A stretch of DNA of 64,000 nt from Octopus bimaculoides (lineage: Eukaryota), in assembly GCF_001194135.2 (NCBI RefSeq), contig NC_068985.1:70679601-70743600 (forward strand), read 5' to 3'. Of the stretch, positions 11,379 through 23,590 are shown one piece after another. Position 1 is the first letter of the stretch, and every line of letters starts with the position of its first letter. The notes below the pieces were generated by a model, which searched no databases, had not been told where the DNA came from, and was given only the letters and a program-made list of their open reading frames with translations. Made by a program: the position numbers and the translations under genes.

Positions 11379-12682
11379 AATATCATTTCTAACATAAGCG
11401 CAGAACTGCAAATTTTGAAGGAGAATTTTGTCGATTAAATCAATTTCAGTCAAAATGAATAAAGTCAATGTTGATCTAATGTTACCACAAGGCATTTTAC
11501 CCGAGCCTCTAACGATCCAATCGATTTCCCGTTCTTTGACCATTAATATTGTCACTGATACTGCCATCATGAAGAAGCTAATAAAGGAGTTTCTAAGCTT
11601 TATTTGATTTGCTCTAAATAACATTCAAGTTTCCTCAAATCATATCCTAGTGAATCAAAAAAGAATATTACACATGGGATAAGGTGGTTTTACATACTCT
11701 ATGTCTGAAAAACATGAAGAGATGACGGCTGGAATAACTTTTATCATATATTTGCTCAATCATGGATTTCATAGAATTAAGCAAAAACTTCATCAGCAGC
11801 AGCAAAAGTGACAACGTCGGCGACGACGATGATAACATCAACCGACAAACAAGATTTGCCAGTTGACGTTCGTCTTCTTGAGTTGCTCTGTTTATCAGAT
11901 TCAATGATAACTTTTCTTTATTGCCAAAATTATCAATAAACACAACCTGGCGGCCTTGTTTCCATTGCTGGAAAACAAATTGCTAAAATACGACCTTAAG
12001 CCAGCCTAACTTGCTTCACTTTTAGTTTGCAACCATTCCATAGGCTAATCCAAATGCCAAACAGTATCATCACCATTGTCGGTGCAATTGTTTATTCCCA
12101 AGTCAGCATTGCACATGAAGACCTGTGATCAAACGGCAGCAGACCCGTATACGTCCAGTTTTTCTTCTTACTTTTTCAACACTGTAAATACAATTTTATC
12201 AACCAATACGTATTTTTTAAAACGGATATTTGGCTGTTATTTCTAGCAGAAAAAAGGCCACATATTGGCTACTTTATTGGGATTGCAGTGTTATGCGGAA
12301 AACAACTGATTATTCTTTTTTCTAGAAAGTCAGAGTACAAAGAAACGGACAGACAAAATTCTATTACTTTGTTGGCTCGATTTAATAGCATTTATTGTAC
12401 TATTAAATATAGAATATTTCACTGTAAACAAACGCTCTGGTCACCAATATACTATTTATGTATCTCTCATCATATATACATATACATGCATGCGTACGTA
12501 CATATATACATACATACATACATACATACATACATACTTAGGTACGCACGCACACACGTACACACGTACGTACGTGTGTATGTATTATGTATGTACGTAT
12601 GCATGTATGTATGTATGTATGTCTGTATGAATATACATATACTTTGATCTTACCCAAAAGACTGAGAATCGTTATACATTAT

Positions 12683-12733
<51 letters not shown>

Positions 12734-14148
12734 TACATATATACNNNNNNNNNNNNNNNNNNNNNNNNNNNNNNNNNNNNNNNNNNNNNNNNNNNNNNNN
12801 NNNNNNNNNNNNNNNNNNNNNNNNNNNNNNNNNNNNNNNNNNNNNNNNNNNNNNNNNNNNNNNNNNNNNNNNNNNNNNNNNNNNNNNNNNNNNNNNNNNN
12901 NNNNNNNNNNNNNNNNNNNNNATATATATATATATATTTACAGTGTCTGGTAGATATATTTTTAAATATACATAGCAAATGGCTATTCAATATTCGGTTA
13001 CTGCTTCGATACAGCTTTTGAAACGACTAATTGTGTCGGTTATGTCATTTTTATTCATGTTGACCATAACGTCCCCAATTGCAAACATCAACAAATCCCT
13101 AGTGCCGACGGCATACCTGTCGGTTTCCTTCTCAATGACGCCCCGTAGTACAGAGGATTTTAATCGGCATTTCGATGGTTTATGTATCAGATTTTGACGA
13201 CCTATTATTTGTAGGAACGTTACAACGACTAACCTACCTAATTTTATATCTTAAGCTAAAACAATCCTTCTCAACATGATACTCCCTACTCTCCGTTTTA
13301 AAGATTAATTTTTACTAGTTTTCTTTATAATTAAACTTTTGATAAGTCTAATTAGATATTCCCTTTTATTTCTCTTTTCAGCTTATCATTTCTTCGATTT
13401 TCTCTTTCTCCTATCCCCAGGTTTTTTTCTTTTTTTTTTCTTTACTTGTTTCTCGCCTAATTTATTTCTCGCCTTCTTTCTATACACATATCTACCTGAT
13501 TGACGATGTTGTTGAGCAAGTCGTGCACACAGTTTGTCTCTTAAAGAGGACCTGTGACTTGATTCCAGAGAGAGACTAAATATGCAGCTGATATAATCTA
13601 GGTCTTTTTTGAGTCTGAAAATCGGTTAACTTATAGCAACTATGTATAGTCAGTCGCTAACGGTTCTTGTGTTGATGAGCTTATGTGATGTGCCAACTTA
13701 ATATAAAATGAAACAAATATATTATAGGGTTATATCTAAATAATTTTTATTCCTGTAAAGTTTTCGTTTAGACCCAACTGATTATTAACATTCTAATTTT
13801 TTTATAATTTACGGTCATTTCAAATGTGGTTTCTTAATCAAATTGAAAAACACTCTTTCACCGTGACGTATCGTTCATCGTAACAATTATTCATTTCTTT
13901 TTGACTTTTTGCCAGCATTGTGTATCTTTACACATTCTGGTCTACATGAGTATCACGTCACAACATACATACGCATGAATACATTGAAAATGAAAATCAA
14001 ATTACAAACGGTAAATACTAAAATAAAAATAAAGTGAAAATAAAAAAGAAAAAGAAAAATTATAAACTCTGAATCTTCACCCTCTCTTCTATCTCTCAGT
14101 AAACTCGCTTTGCCTCTCTCCCTTTCCCCGTCCCTCTCTCTCCCGCTA

Positions 14149-14206
<58 letters not shown>

Positions 14207-14399
14207 GAAGCAACTGTAGGTGGCAGCAGCAGCAGTCCTCAGTCAAATTACAAACGGTAAATAATTCTGAACTTATAATTTTGTTGTCTTTCTATTTTTA
14301 CAAACAAAAAAGTAAGTTGAATTCTTTATATTCTTGTCGTGTTTAACTATTTCACTTACACAAGGCTATTTCATCAAATCAACTTCCAATAACTGTTCA

Positions 14400-15440
14400 T
14401 TTACTTATTAAAACTATCCGTAAGCTGTATCGTTGCAACCAATTTCGACCACTACTGACTTATAGCAATACGAACTGCTAGGGTGTTTCATTACAACCAT
14501 TGTAGGGCTGTCATTACAACTCCTAACCAGAGCTGGTTTTGAGTCAATTAGACAGAAGTGTCCATATTGGGCCCTGCGAACACGCTCGAGCGGAGAACGC
14601 TATATTGAATTTTTCGTATATCATTGTGGTTAACGGTCAGGCCTCAAGCCATCAACGCTTTTTGGCTGGGACTGGCGTACTACACGAAGTATAAAACGTC
14701 AATCTTCAGCTTTTGTAGAGCAGTGGCCCACTGACCATTTTCTAAATAGGCTCCTCACTTTCAAGCATTGTCCCTGCTCCTAACCACTGAGTTACACCAT
14801 TACAACAAACACTTAGCTGTTTCAATACAACCAACACTATATATAAATACTGTCATTAAAACCACCATTGGTCTCTGTCATCAAAAATACTTCTAAGTTC
14901 ACATTCGAATCGACACTGAGTTGTTTTATTACAAACCCAACTTGGGCTGTCTCATTTCGGTCAATACTGATTCATATCGTCACAACCACAGGTGACTTAC
15001 TTCATCACAATCAACACCGAGTTGGGTTATTATAACCACTACTAACATAAAAGCAACTGGTGAGATATATAGCAACTATCAATGAGTTGTGTCATTACAA
15101 CAAACATTAAGATGTATAGGTGAGCTGGTACAATCATTAACGCGTCAGAAAAAGTGCCTTGCAATATTTCTTTACGTTTGGAGTTCAGTTCCCACCGGGT
15201 TAACTTTGCTTTTCATCTCTTTGGATTCGATAAAATAACGTACTGGCCAAGCACTAAAGTTAATGGAAACCGTCTAATATCTTCCCTACGAAATTACTGG
15301 TCTTGCGCCTAAGCCAGAAACCATTTAACTGAGCAGTGTCATTCGAACCATTGATCAGTCATTATAACGGTTACTTAGACTTATAATTACAACCACTGTT
15401 GAGCGGTGCCATTTCTACATCTACTGAACTGTATTTAGTC
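14400..15440. repeat. Highly diverged ~25-bp minisatellite (approximate consensus CATTACAACCAACACTGAGTTGTGT), interrupted by unique DNA and a SINE
   Basis: Consecutive 23-31-nt units, mostly 25, at about 14790-15050, e.g. CATTACAACAAACACTTAGCTGTTT, CATTCGAATCGACACTGAGTTGTTT, CATCACAATCAACACCGAGTTGGGT; more units at 14400-14540 and 15330-15440. Confidence 0.65.
15117..15322 (+). mobile_element. SINE family B, old and diverged
   Basis: GGTGAGCTGGTACAATCATTAACGCG...GGAGTTCAGTTCCCACCGGGTTAACTTTGCTTTTCATC. Confidence 0.65.
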
Positions 15441-15689
15441 AACCACTACTCTGCTGGCACAGCTGATACTGAGAGACGTTTCTCCTAGGGAAAGGCTCAG
15501 CTCATATCTACCAAATTTCCAAATTTCTTTCATATTTGGTTTTATCTTAAATTTGAAAGTGACATAAAGGAGAAACAGAACACACACATACACATAAACC
15601 CACACACAAACACACACACACGCACACACGCACACGCGCGCGCGCAAAACTTTCCATTTTTACTATTTTGTTTTATTACTGAACAAAAT

Positions 15690-16085
15690 GGGCGTAGGCA
15701 TGGTTGTTTGGTAAGAAAGTTGCTTCCCAACCACATGGTTCCGTGTTCAGTACCACTGCATAGCACCTTGGGCAAGTGTCTTCTACTATAGCGTCAGGCT
15801 AACCAAAGGCCTGAGTGGATTCGGTAGATGGAAACTGAAAGAAGCACGTCGTATATATCAATGCATGTGTGCGTGCGCGCGCAGCATGTGTGTTTTCCCC
15901 ACCACCACTCCTAGATAACCGGTGTTGGTGTGTTTACGTCCCCGTAACTTAACGGTTCGGCAAAGCAGATTGACCAGGCTTTAAAAACAGTTTTGGTGTC
16001 GATTTATTCGACTAACCCCCACCCGACCAAAGCGGTACTCCAGCACGGATGCAGTCAAATGACTAAAACAAGTAAAAGAATAAAA
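15690..16085 (+). mobile_element. SINE family A, full length
   Basis: Head GGCGTAGGCATGGTTGTTTGGTAAG...GCACCTTGGGCAAGTGTC; short TG-rich core; tail ...GCAGTCAAATGACTAAAACAAGTAAAAGAATAAAA. Confidence 0.9.
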
Positions 16086-16490
16086 CCATTCATTTTATTT
16101 TTAGCAAGTTATCCAATGTTTCATCCTATTCTTAAACCATCGAACGTAGATGATTTGGCTGCTATTACATAGTTTTCGCAGCGATGGTGATTGCATTATT
16201 GTCCTTGGCTTATGGTGATGAATGTAGTGATGCGTATTTAGAGAACTAATATCATCATCTTTACCAGAAGGGAAAGCAGGTGCTTAGGACGCGTTTATCT
16301 TTTTTGTACCACTGAAAGTAGGAGTGGTGGTGGTGGTGGGGAAGGATGTCGACGTTACCCTTAAACTGAAAGCTTTCAGTAGTGTGAACTTTGCTAAAAG
16401 CACGCAGTGACCAAATAGTGATATTTAAACGGGTGACAGATTGATGTTATTGTTGCTACTGTTATTAAGGTTATTATATTCGCTGCTGTA

Positions 16491-16636
16491 CGGCAGCGAG
16501 CTGGCAGCATTGTTAGCAGGTCGGACAGAAATGCTTAGCAGCCTTACTTGTGACTCTTTATGTTTTCAGTTCAACTAGCGACGCCGACGTCAGCTTCGTC
16601 TTTCATACTTTCGGAGGTCAATAAAACAATTACTAG
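16491..16636 (+). mobile_element. SINE family B, partial
   Basis: GGCAGCGAGCTGGCAGCATTGTTAGCAGGTCGGACAGAAATGCTTAGC. Confidence 0.7.
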
Positions 16637-17399
16637 CGAACTTAACTAGAGTCAATGTAACCGACTGCTCCTCTCCTTTATAATTACTGACCTTGTGCCG
16701 ATGTTTGAGACCGTCATTTTGGCTGCTAAGGCTGATGTTCCGGATATTGTAACTTTATTGTGGTTGTTTCTTAACCTACAACGGAGTCCTACTTCGGTAG
16801 AGCTACGATCAAAGACGTTCCTGTTATGACCATCCCATCTATCCTTTTGACCCGTTATTCAAAATTTCATTATTCAGTTTATCTTTTCCTGATCACACAT
16901 CAGTTTGTGTTACCGTTGGTGATAGCCGTATTGCTATCGATGATGTGTTGTTATTGCTTAGCCCCAGGTCAAATTCTCCTAGAGTTAAGATCAGTTCCAC
17001 TTTTGAATATCTATGAATGCATTGGAAAATGTGTTTTTCCCTCCTTTTACAATATACGGTATTATTTTGGCTTCTTTTCTAACAGGTTACGTAACCACTA
17101 GAAACGTCATCCTTATTTTGTATTGATGTTTTGTAATTGTTGTTGTGTAGGTGGTAGTGATAGTGTTGGTAGCAGTGATTACGATGTAGCAGCATAACCG
17201 CTAGTGTTTGTGTTGGGCGGATGAAATGCTTTTTCCTCCTCCTCCTCCTTCTTGTCTACTGCTAATGCAGCTATTTCAATATAGGTCTCAGTTGATGTTT
17301 CTGCTGCTGTTACTTTTAACTCCCCCCCCCCAATATCAATCTGATAGTGTTTTTCCAGTGTTTTTCAGCCATTCTTTTTTCATTCCCACAAGATATTTT

Positions 17400-17500
17400 G
17401 TGAATTGTAGAAGTATAACTAATTTATTGTAGATAAATTTTAACAACAAAATCTTATATGGAACCCCAAGAGCTATATAGACCCCGGTTGGGAACCACTG
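17400..17500 (-). mobile_element. One end of a hAT-like MITE (same family as 21448-21700)
   Basis: Reverse complement CAGTGGTTCCCAACCGGGGTCTATATAG...CCATATAAGATTTTGTTGTTAAAATTTAT...TTATACTTCTACAAT aligns with 21448-21545. Confidence 0.75.
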
Positions 17501-17713
17501 ATATAGAGAGACGGGTGATGAAAAACAATCTAACCGAGATCATCTAGCTTTTTTTTTTTTTTTTTTTGGAAATTGAATCAAAAGTCTTAAAGGGACGTTT
17601 TTTTTTTATTAAGTGTGGCAATTGTGGGAGGTTTCATTACTCTTTATAAAATCGAGCAATTACATAAAGGCCATTGCATCGCTAATGATACTTACTATTT
17701 ATCCCTAAAATGA

Positions 17714-17810
17714 CCCTATGTTCAAAGACTGGGACGTCTTTGAACATAGGGCCACTATGTTCAAACACTATGTTCAAAGACGTCCCAACCCTATGTTCAA
17801 ATGCGTTCCA
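17714..17810. repeat. 16-bp perfect inverted repeat plus three more copies of CTATGTTCAAA
   Basis: CCCTATGTTCAAAGAC (17714-17729), 6-nt loop, GTCTTTGAACATAGGG (17736-17751); then CACTATGTTCAAA, CACTATGTTCAAAGACGTCCCA, CCCTATGTTCAAATGCGTTCCA. Confidence 0.9.
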
Positions 17811-18600
17811 ACCAAGACCATTATATGATCTTGTTAACTTTCTTCAAAAAAGCTTTTTTACCAAATGATTTACATAGTTCTGATGCAGTTATATATGCAT
17901 TGACAGTAATTGCATTCATTTGTTTCTAGAAATTAATAATAGAGATGCTACAAACAATTGAAATTATGTAATTCTGAGCAATCAGCAGTCTCCATCTGGC
18001 GGCATATTGTTTGTGTCGATCATCTCAAAAACCTCTGTATGCTTTCTCGATCTGCTAGAAATAGCAACCAAATCTTCCTTAAACTACACTATTCCGTCTT
18101 AAAACATGCAGAGCGAAACATTGTTCATTTTCTTTCATTACATTTGATGATAAAAAAAAAAAACAAAAAAGAAAATATTCATTATTTAAAAATTGTCTTT
18201 TTTTAGTCTTTACAAAATATCGCAAAAATGTATTTATTTATTCTTATAAAAAAATATATATTTTTTAAAATATAAGGTTCCGTAATTCGTCTTCCACGCA
18301 ATTTTTACGGTTCGTTTTTTGTCTGCATCTTCAAAAGTTTCTATATTCAAAAAGTTCTGTGGAGTAAACAACGACATCCTGAAGTTGCTATGACAACTAA
18401 TATTTTTGACTTACGCTTCTAAGGGTAATAGACTTATTTCATTGACTAAAGTTACGTAATCTTAAATGCTTTATTATTAATTTTTGGAAAAGCGAAGAAT
18501 AAAAGATGAATGCGGTTTTCGCCATCAGCATGCAAAACTGCATTAGTATGAAAAATCTTCAAGTGGTTGGAAGAAAACGAGAAAGAGGCACACACACACT

Positions 18601-18893
18601 TGCATTGATATTACGACGTGCTTCTTTCAGTTTCCATCTACCAAATCCGTCGTAAATATATATGTATGTATTTATGTGTATGTGTCCGTATTTGAGCCCC
18701 TACCATCTTTTGACAACAGATGTTGTGTTCACGTCTCCGTAATTTAGCAGTTCGGCAAAAGACACCGATAGAATAAGTACTAAGCTTACAAAGAATAAGT
18801 CCTGGGGTCGATTTGCTCGACTAAAACCCTTTAAGGCGGTGCTCCAACATAGCCGCAAATGACTGAACCAAGTAAAAGAATAAAAGAATAAAA
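18601..18893 (+). mobile_element. SINE family A with plus-strand tail and inverted head fragment
   Basis: 18601-18648 is the reverse complement of head sequence 15817-15865; the tail at 18690-18893 is in plus orientation. Confidence 0.8.
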
Positions 18894-19279
18894 CTCGCTG
18901 TTATGTCCTTTTAAGGGTTACACTAGGACTACTTTTCACCGATATTTCCTAATCATTTCAAAATGATACGTGATTTACAAGCGATTCAGCTTCTATTTCT
19001 AGCAAGCCTAGTGCCCCTATAGATGTTCATTCAGAGGCTTTTATAGAGAGTAGTGGTGGGTGCAAGTGATTTGTAACAGTAAGCATTCCCATGACACCTT
19101 GATCAAATCAGAAATTCAGTCCACCCGTTCCTTCTCCTCCCACTCCTGCGTACCATCTCTTTCTTCGTCCATGTGTCTTTGTTTTATGTCTATTTATTTG
19201 TGTTAATTCTGAGCACGTCTTATCTGAGGTATTCGCCGACTGTTTCAGTGTTGCTGATACTGCTGCAATGGCGTAGCGA

Positions 19280-19900
19280 AAAAAAAAATTAAGTAGAGAA
19301 AGAAGGAGAGACAGACAAAAGAGAAAGAGAGGGGAGAGAGTGAGAGAAAGAGAAAGAGAGGGAGAAAGAGAGGAGAGAGAAAGAGAGGGAGAGAGGAAGA
19401 GAAAGAAACAAAGAAATACACAATAAAAAAGAAAAGAAATTAAGAGATGTAAAGAAAGCACCAGGATGAAAGTGACGCAAAGCGAGAAAAGAAGGAGGTA
19501 TAAAGAGAGAAAGAAAGAAAGAAAGAAAGAAAGAAAGGAAAGATGAAAGTGAAATAGAAATAGATACATAGAAAGAGAGAGGGAGGGAGAGAGGGAATGA
19601 GAGTAACAGTGAGACAGACAGAGAAACAGAGAGACAAACAGAAGACAGAAGGTGACAGATCGTGATAAAGAAAAACAGAGTTAAAACGAAAGAGAAATAG
19701 AGGGAGACAAAGTTACCTGCTGATAGAAGGGTATGAAAGAGAGTTAGATAAGGATAGGAAAAGGGTGAGAGTGAGATTGTGAGATAGAGACATGGCTATA
19801 AAGATGGCGGAGAGAGAAAGAGATAAAGAATGGGTTCGTCAGAAATCTTGTACGTGAGAGACAGCTAGTATTGTAGGTGAGAAGAAGAAAAGAGAGTCAA
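19280..19900. repeat. GA-rich low-complexity tract including (GAAA)n
   Basis: Purine-dominated tract visible directly. Confidence 0.85.
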
Positions 19901-20259
19901 AAACAAACGAAACAAGATACAATAAAATGCTAAACATAATAATATGGAGCACCAGGATTTCCATTACGCTTACTAAAGAAGTGATTGTGATGTCCATGCT
20001 AAAGTATATAATAGGCAGTGGTTTCTTTACCTGAATAATGGCAGAGATGGAAGCAAGAAACTGGTAGGGAAGAAAGTGACATGGTATTGTACAGATTTTA
20101 GGGTGAATATATCGGCTCTAAGAGCGAGAACTGCTGGAGGAGAGTGAATGTTGGATTTAATTGTCATATATAAAGTTTTCTGAATAGAAGAAATATTTAC
20201 CAGTTCACTCCAACCCCACCCCATCAACCCCCTTCTCTCTCTCTCCCTATTTCTCGCCG

Positions 20260-20306
<47 letters not shown>

Positions 20307-20316
20307 NNNNNNNNNN

Positions 20317-20357
<41 letters not shown>

Positions 20358-20570
20358 TTCTCAGTAAAACGATTACGTGTCTGTCCAGTCGTATGACTTC
20401 GGTTGCATCTGAATATCCTTCCTTACAGTTAGTTACCTTATTTATATGTATATGAGTGTATATACATATAAAGTATATATATGAATGTACTTATGTACTT
20501 ATGTATGTATGTATGTATGTATATATATATATGTATTTGTATGCATGTGTGTGTGTGCCTATGTATGTAT

Positions 20571-20690
20571 GTGGTTTAGTAGTTAGATGCTGCACTCATG
20601 AAAGTAAGTTTGTGGTTTCGATTCCTCGATCGGACGAAGTGTGTTTTTGAGCGAAGTACTTCATTCTTTATTACTTCAGTGAAATACAAG
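20571..20690 (+). mobile_element. SINE family C head (tRNA-derived), degraded
   Basis: A-box-like TGGTTTAGTAGTTAG and B-box-like GGTTTCGATTCC; similar to 25316 and the reverse complement of 42425. Confidence 0.55.
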
Positions 20691-20873
20691 ACAATGAAAT
20701 ATACGACTGCGTTCAGGTTTTCTTGCTTTCATCTTACATATTTCTGTTAGTTTTTTGCAAATATTTTGGAATAATAAATTCATAATTCCATATGCGACAT
20801 TTACCGCATTTTCTAAAATTAAAATGAGGTTTAGCATCAGCGTTGCTTTATTTACAGGTTGAATTCATAAAGA

Positions 20874-21088
20874 CGGGGGAGCTGAAATGCTCCTGGCTTT
20901 GGGTAAAAGTAAATACATGAAGATAAGTTCATTAGGGTTTTATTCAACATATTTCCCTCTCAGATTCACACACTAATTGCAGCATTCTTTCAGTTTTTCT
21001 TAGCGTTGTAAAAGAATTTCGAAGGTTGGGCCTCCAACCAGGCCTTTCGCAACACCCTTAAAGCCAGGTACTTTTCAGCATCCCTTCA
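20874..21088. mobile_element. Tc1/mariner-type MITE
   Basis: Imperfect TIRs CGGGGGAGCTGAAATGCTCCTGGCTTT / AAAGCCAGGTACTTTTCAGCATCCCTTCA, the right end followed by TA; about 215 bp, no ORF. Confidence 0.7.
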
Positions 21089-21447
21089 TAGACTTTCCCA
21101 CCGACGTTTTTTTTTTGTTTTTTGTTTTTTGTGTTTTGTTTCTTTAACCATTCTGATTCTCAGTTATAGTGACATGTTGCTGCATTTCGGTGTAGTTAAT
21201 TGGGTTTTTTTTACATTTCACTTGTCATATCTGTACCCGTATGTTATTTTCTTTATGTGTGTATGATTGTGTTGTTTGGCGATATTTTGGGGGATTGTGT
21301 TATGATATGTGTATGGCTTACATAAATAGTCATAGATTTTCTGAGGAATATAATATAGTCATTGAGCATTGCTTTCTAGTATTCTTCTGTCCAACTTAAT
21401 TTTCTGGTGCGTAGTATAGTGTCTTGCGATTATTCCATCGTGTGGAT

Positions 21448-21700
21448 CAATGTTTTTAAACCGAGGTCCATATACCCTTGGAGGTCCATATAAGATTTGT
21501 TTGTTAAAATGTATGTGCAATAAATTGCTTATACTTCTACAATACAAAAAATATTTTTTATTTTTACACAATTCTCAATAACATTACTTACAAAAAAACA
21601 CAGTAGGATCTTTTTTTAATATATGATGAGTCGTTAGAGATGTTCAGTAGAGTAAAATAGGAATCAAAGGAGTCCATGGGCAAGTAGTTAAGAACTTCTG
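21448..21700 (+). mobile_element. hAT-like MITE
   Basis: Ends CAATGTTTTTAAACC / AGTTAAGAACTTCTG resemble the CAGTGGTTCCCAACC end at 17500; flanks GTGTGGAT / GTGTAAAT (6/8) fit an 8-bp TSD. Confidence 0.7.
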
Positions 21701-22204
21701 GTGTAAATACATAAGAGGGCCGGCGTCAGAGCGAACAGGTATGTTTGTTTGCTATAACAGTTGGAGTTCTGAAGTTTACAACTCACAATTTTACAAACAA
21801 AATTGTGGGTTTATTAATCATTAACAAGTTTTTCACGGCTTTTCATGTTTGTGATGCGTTTTTCATAAATAGATTTTGAGTTTTTGGTGTTTATGAAGCA
21901 TATTATTAGTTTATGTTTATGACGATACTACGTGCTGAATTAAGAGACTGCCTCTCTTACGCTTTAGTGTTGTCTGCCTAGTGTCTGTGACCGATGAAGA
22001 GATAACTACTCCGAAATGCTAGCATCTCACAGTCTAAGTAGATGCCGCTGCGAGCTGAACTAGATGAATACACACTATTTATCAGCAAATGAGACATATT
22101 CACCGTGACAAAAGGCAGTTCCTCAATTCGAAGGTGCATCAAACATATTCGGACTGATAATAACATTGCAATTTTACTTATGAGTGCTTAGCGCTCCCAC
22201 TCCG

Positions 22205-22256
<52 letters not shown>

Positions 22257-22402
22257 ATATATATGTGTGTGTATGTTCGTATGCATATATATATATATAT
22301 ATATATATAAGGAGAGAGAGATGTATATACATACATATACGCACATTCATGCATACATACGTATATGCTATAACACACACACACACGCGCACGCACACAC
22401 AC

Positions 22403-22438
<36 letters not shown>

Positions 22439-22699
22439 ATATATATATATAAAAACACACACAAATATATGTATACGTGAATTTATACACATTTACCCAT
22501 ATTTTATATATAGTAATGGCATGGTAATATACACAGTTACCATCATACACATATGGATAGACAAGCAGCAAAATGTCTTGTGACTAATTTAAGGAAGTAC
22601 TTGTTAATATATATATATCTAACTTCAGGATAAAGGGGACTTGTACCATGTGAACTTTTTTTATTTCTCTGTTCTTATTTACAATTTGAGCAGAAGCAG

Positions 22700-23590
22700 A
22701 AAGCCTGGGTTTCAAGAAGTTGTACGTGTATACCTTATTGTTTCGTTAGCGTACACAAGTTCGGGGAATTTCAGTGATACGTTCGTGGAGAGCGGGTGAT
22801 TTGAAAAAGTACGCATGTATTGTATGATCGAATTTAGGGTAATGTCTGGCAAGTTTCAAGATTAATGTTTGCTTTTACATTAAAGAGTTTTAAAATTAGT
22901 AGAGGACAAAGCTGCACCTGGGCTTCATAAGAATTTGTAGAGTGTGGAAAAGAAAGATCTCCGTCAATCCAGGCCGCTATAGTGCCATCTGATTGGAAGC
23001 TATTGATCCAAGTGATGAGATACGGTTTGAGCCCACAAGCAGGGGGGTTTCATAGGAGAAACACATGTCACACATAGCAAGAAACTGTTGATGTTGAGCA
23101 ACAATGTTATATTTATCGAATTTCACTGAGGTGTCACCCTATTAGAGAGTGGCAGAGTAAATTTCCAGTGGTTTGCGCATTACAGAAGTCACACTGGTTG
23201 TTGTTGAGAAAGATAGACAGAATCGAATTTCTGAAGAACTCCGTTGTTTATTCCTGTCTCTATTAATTTTGAGACATTGAAAGTGTGTTCAAGAGGGTGG
23301 CAGTTGACAGGATGAGATGGATTACCCATTTAGGAGAAATAAGACGCACTGAAACGAGTTTCTCATGACTTAGGTATATCCTGGAGAGAGTTTGTTGAGT
23401 ATCGGAGCAAGCTCTATCTGTGGTACAATGCCTTAGGTTATGGAAGAAAATTATTGGCTTGAAGTAAGCAAAAGTGTTTTCGTACTTGGCGTGTGTGCAT
23501 GTTAGTTGGGGAATCTGGTGAGTAAAAAGGAATAAATTTGGAGAAGATTTGCCATGTTCTTGTATTAAATAAAATGGGGAGTCTCTCTCC
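22700..23590 (-). mobile_element. Possible heavily degraded Penelope-like element (linker + GIY-YIG region)
   Basis: Minus frames give QVRKHFCLLQ, SLLRYSTNSLQDI, VYL...QCDF...TTGNLL...HLSEIR, weakly resembling PLE linker and GIY-YIG motifs; many stops. Confidence 0.35.

Noticed and set aside
13194-13222. TTGACGA-CCTA...TAGG-AACGTT hammerhead-like string
   Set aside because: Core incomplete (C3 changed, GAAA disrupted) and no stem I.
14400-15440. CRISPR-like interpretation of the 25-bp array
   Set aside because: Units are contiguous and degenerate with no repeat-spacer alternation and no cas genes; eukaryotic context.
17587-18914. Kolobok-like ends TTAA-AGGGAC ... GTCCTT-TTAA
   Set aside because: Only 5 of 6 bases match and TTAA is common in AT-rich DNA; insufficient to call an element.
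20858-20910. Apparent small exon (TTTACAG|GTTGAA...|GTAAA)
   Set aside because: Mostly explained by the left TIR of the mariner-type MITE at 20874.
21781-21810. 12-bp AT-rich hairpin ACTCACAATTTT/AAAATTGTGGGT
   Set aside because: Short, imperfect and isolated; expected occasionally by chance.
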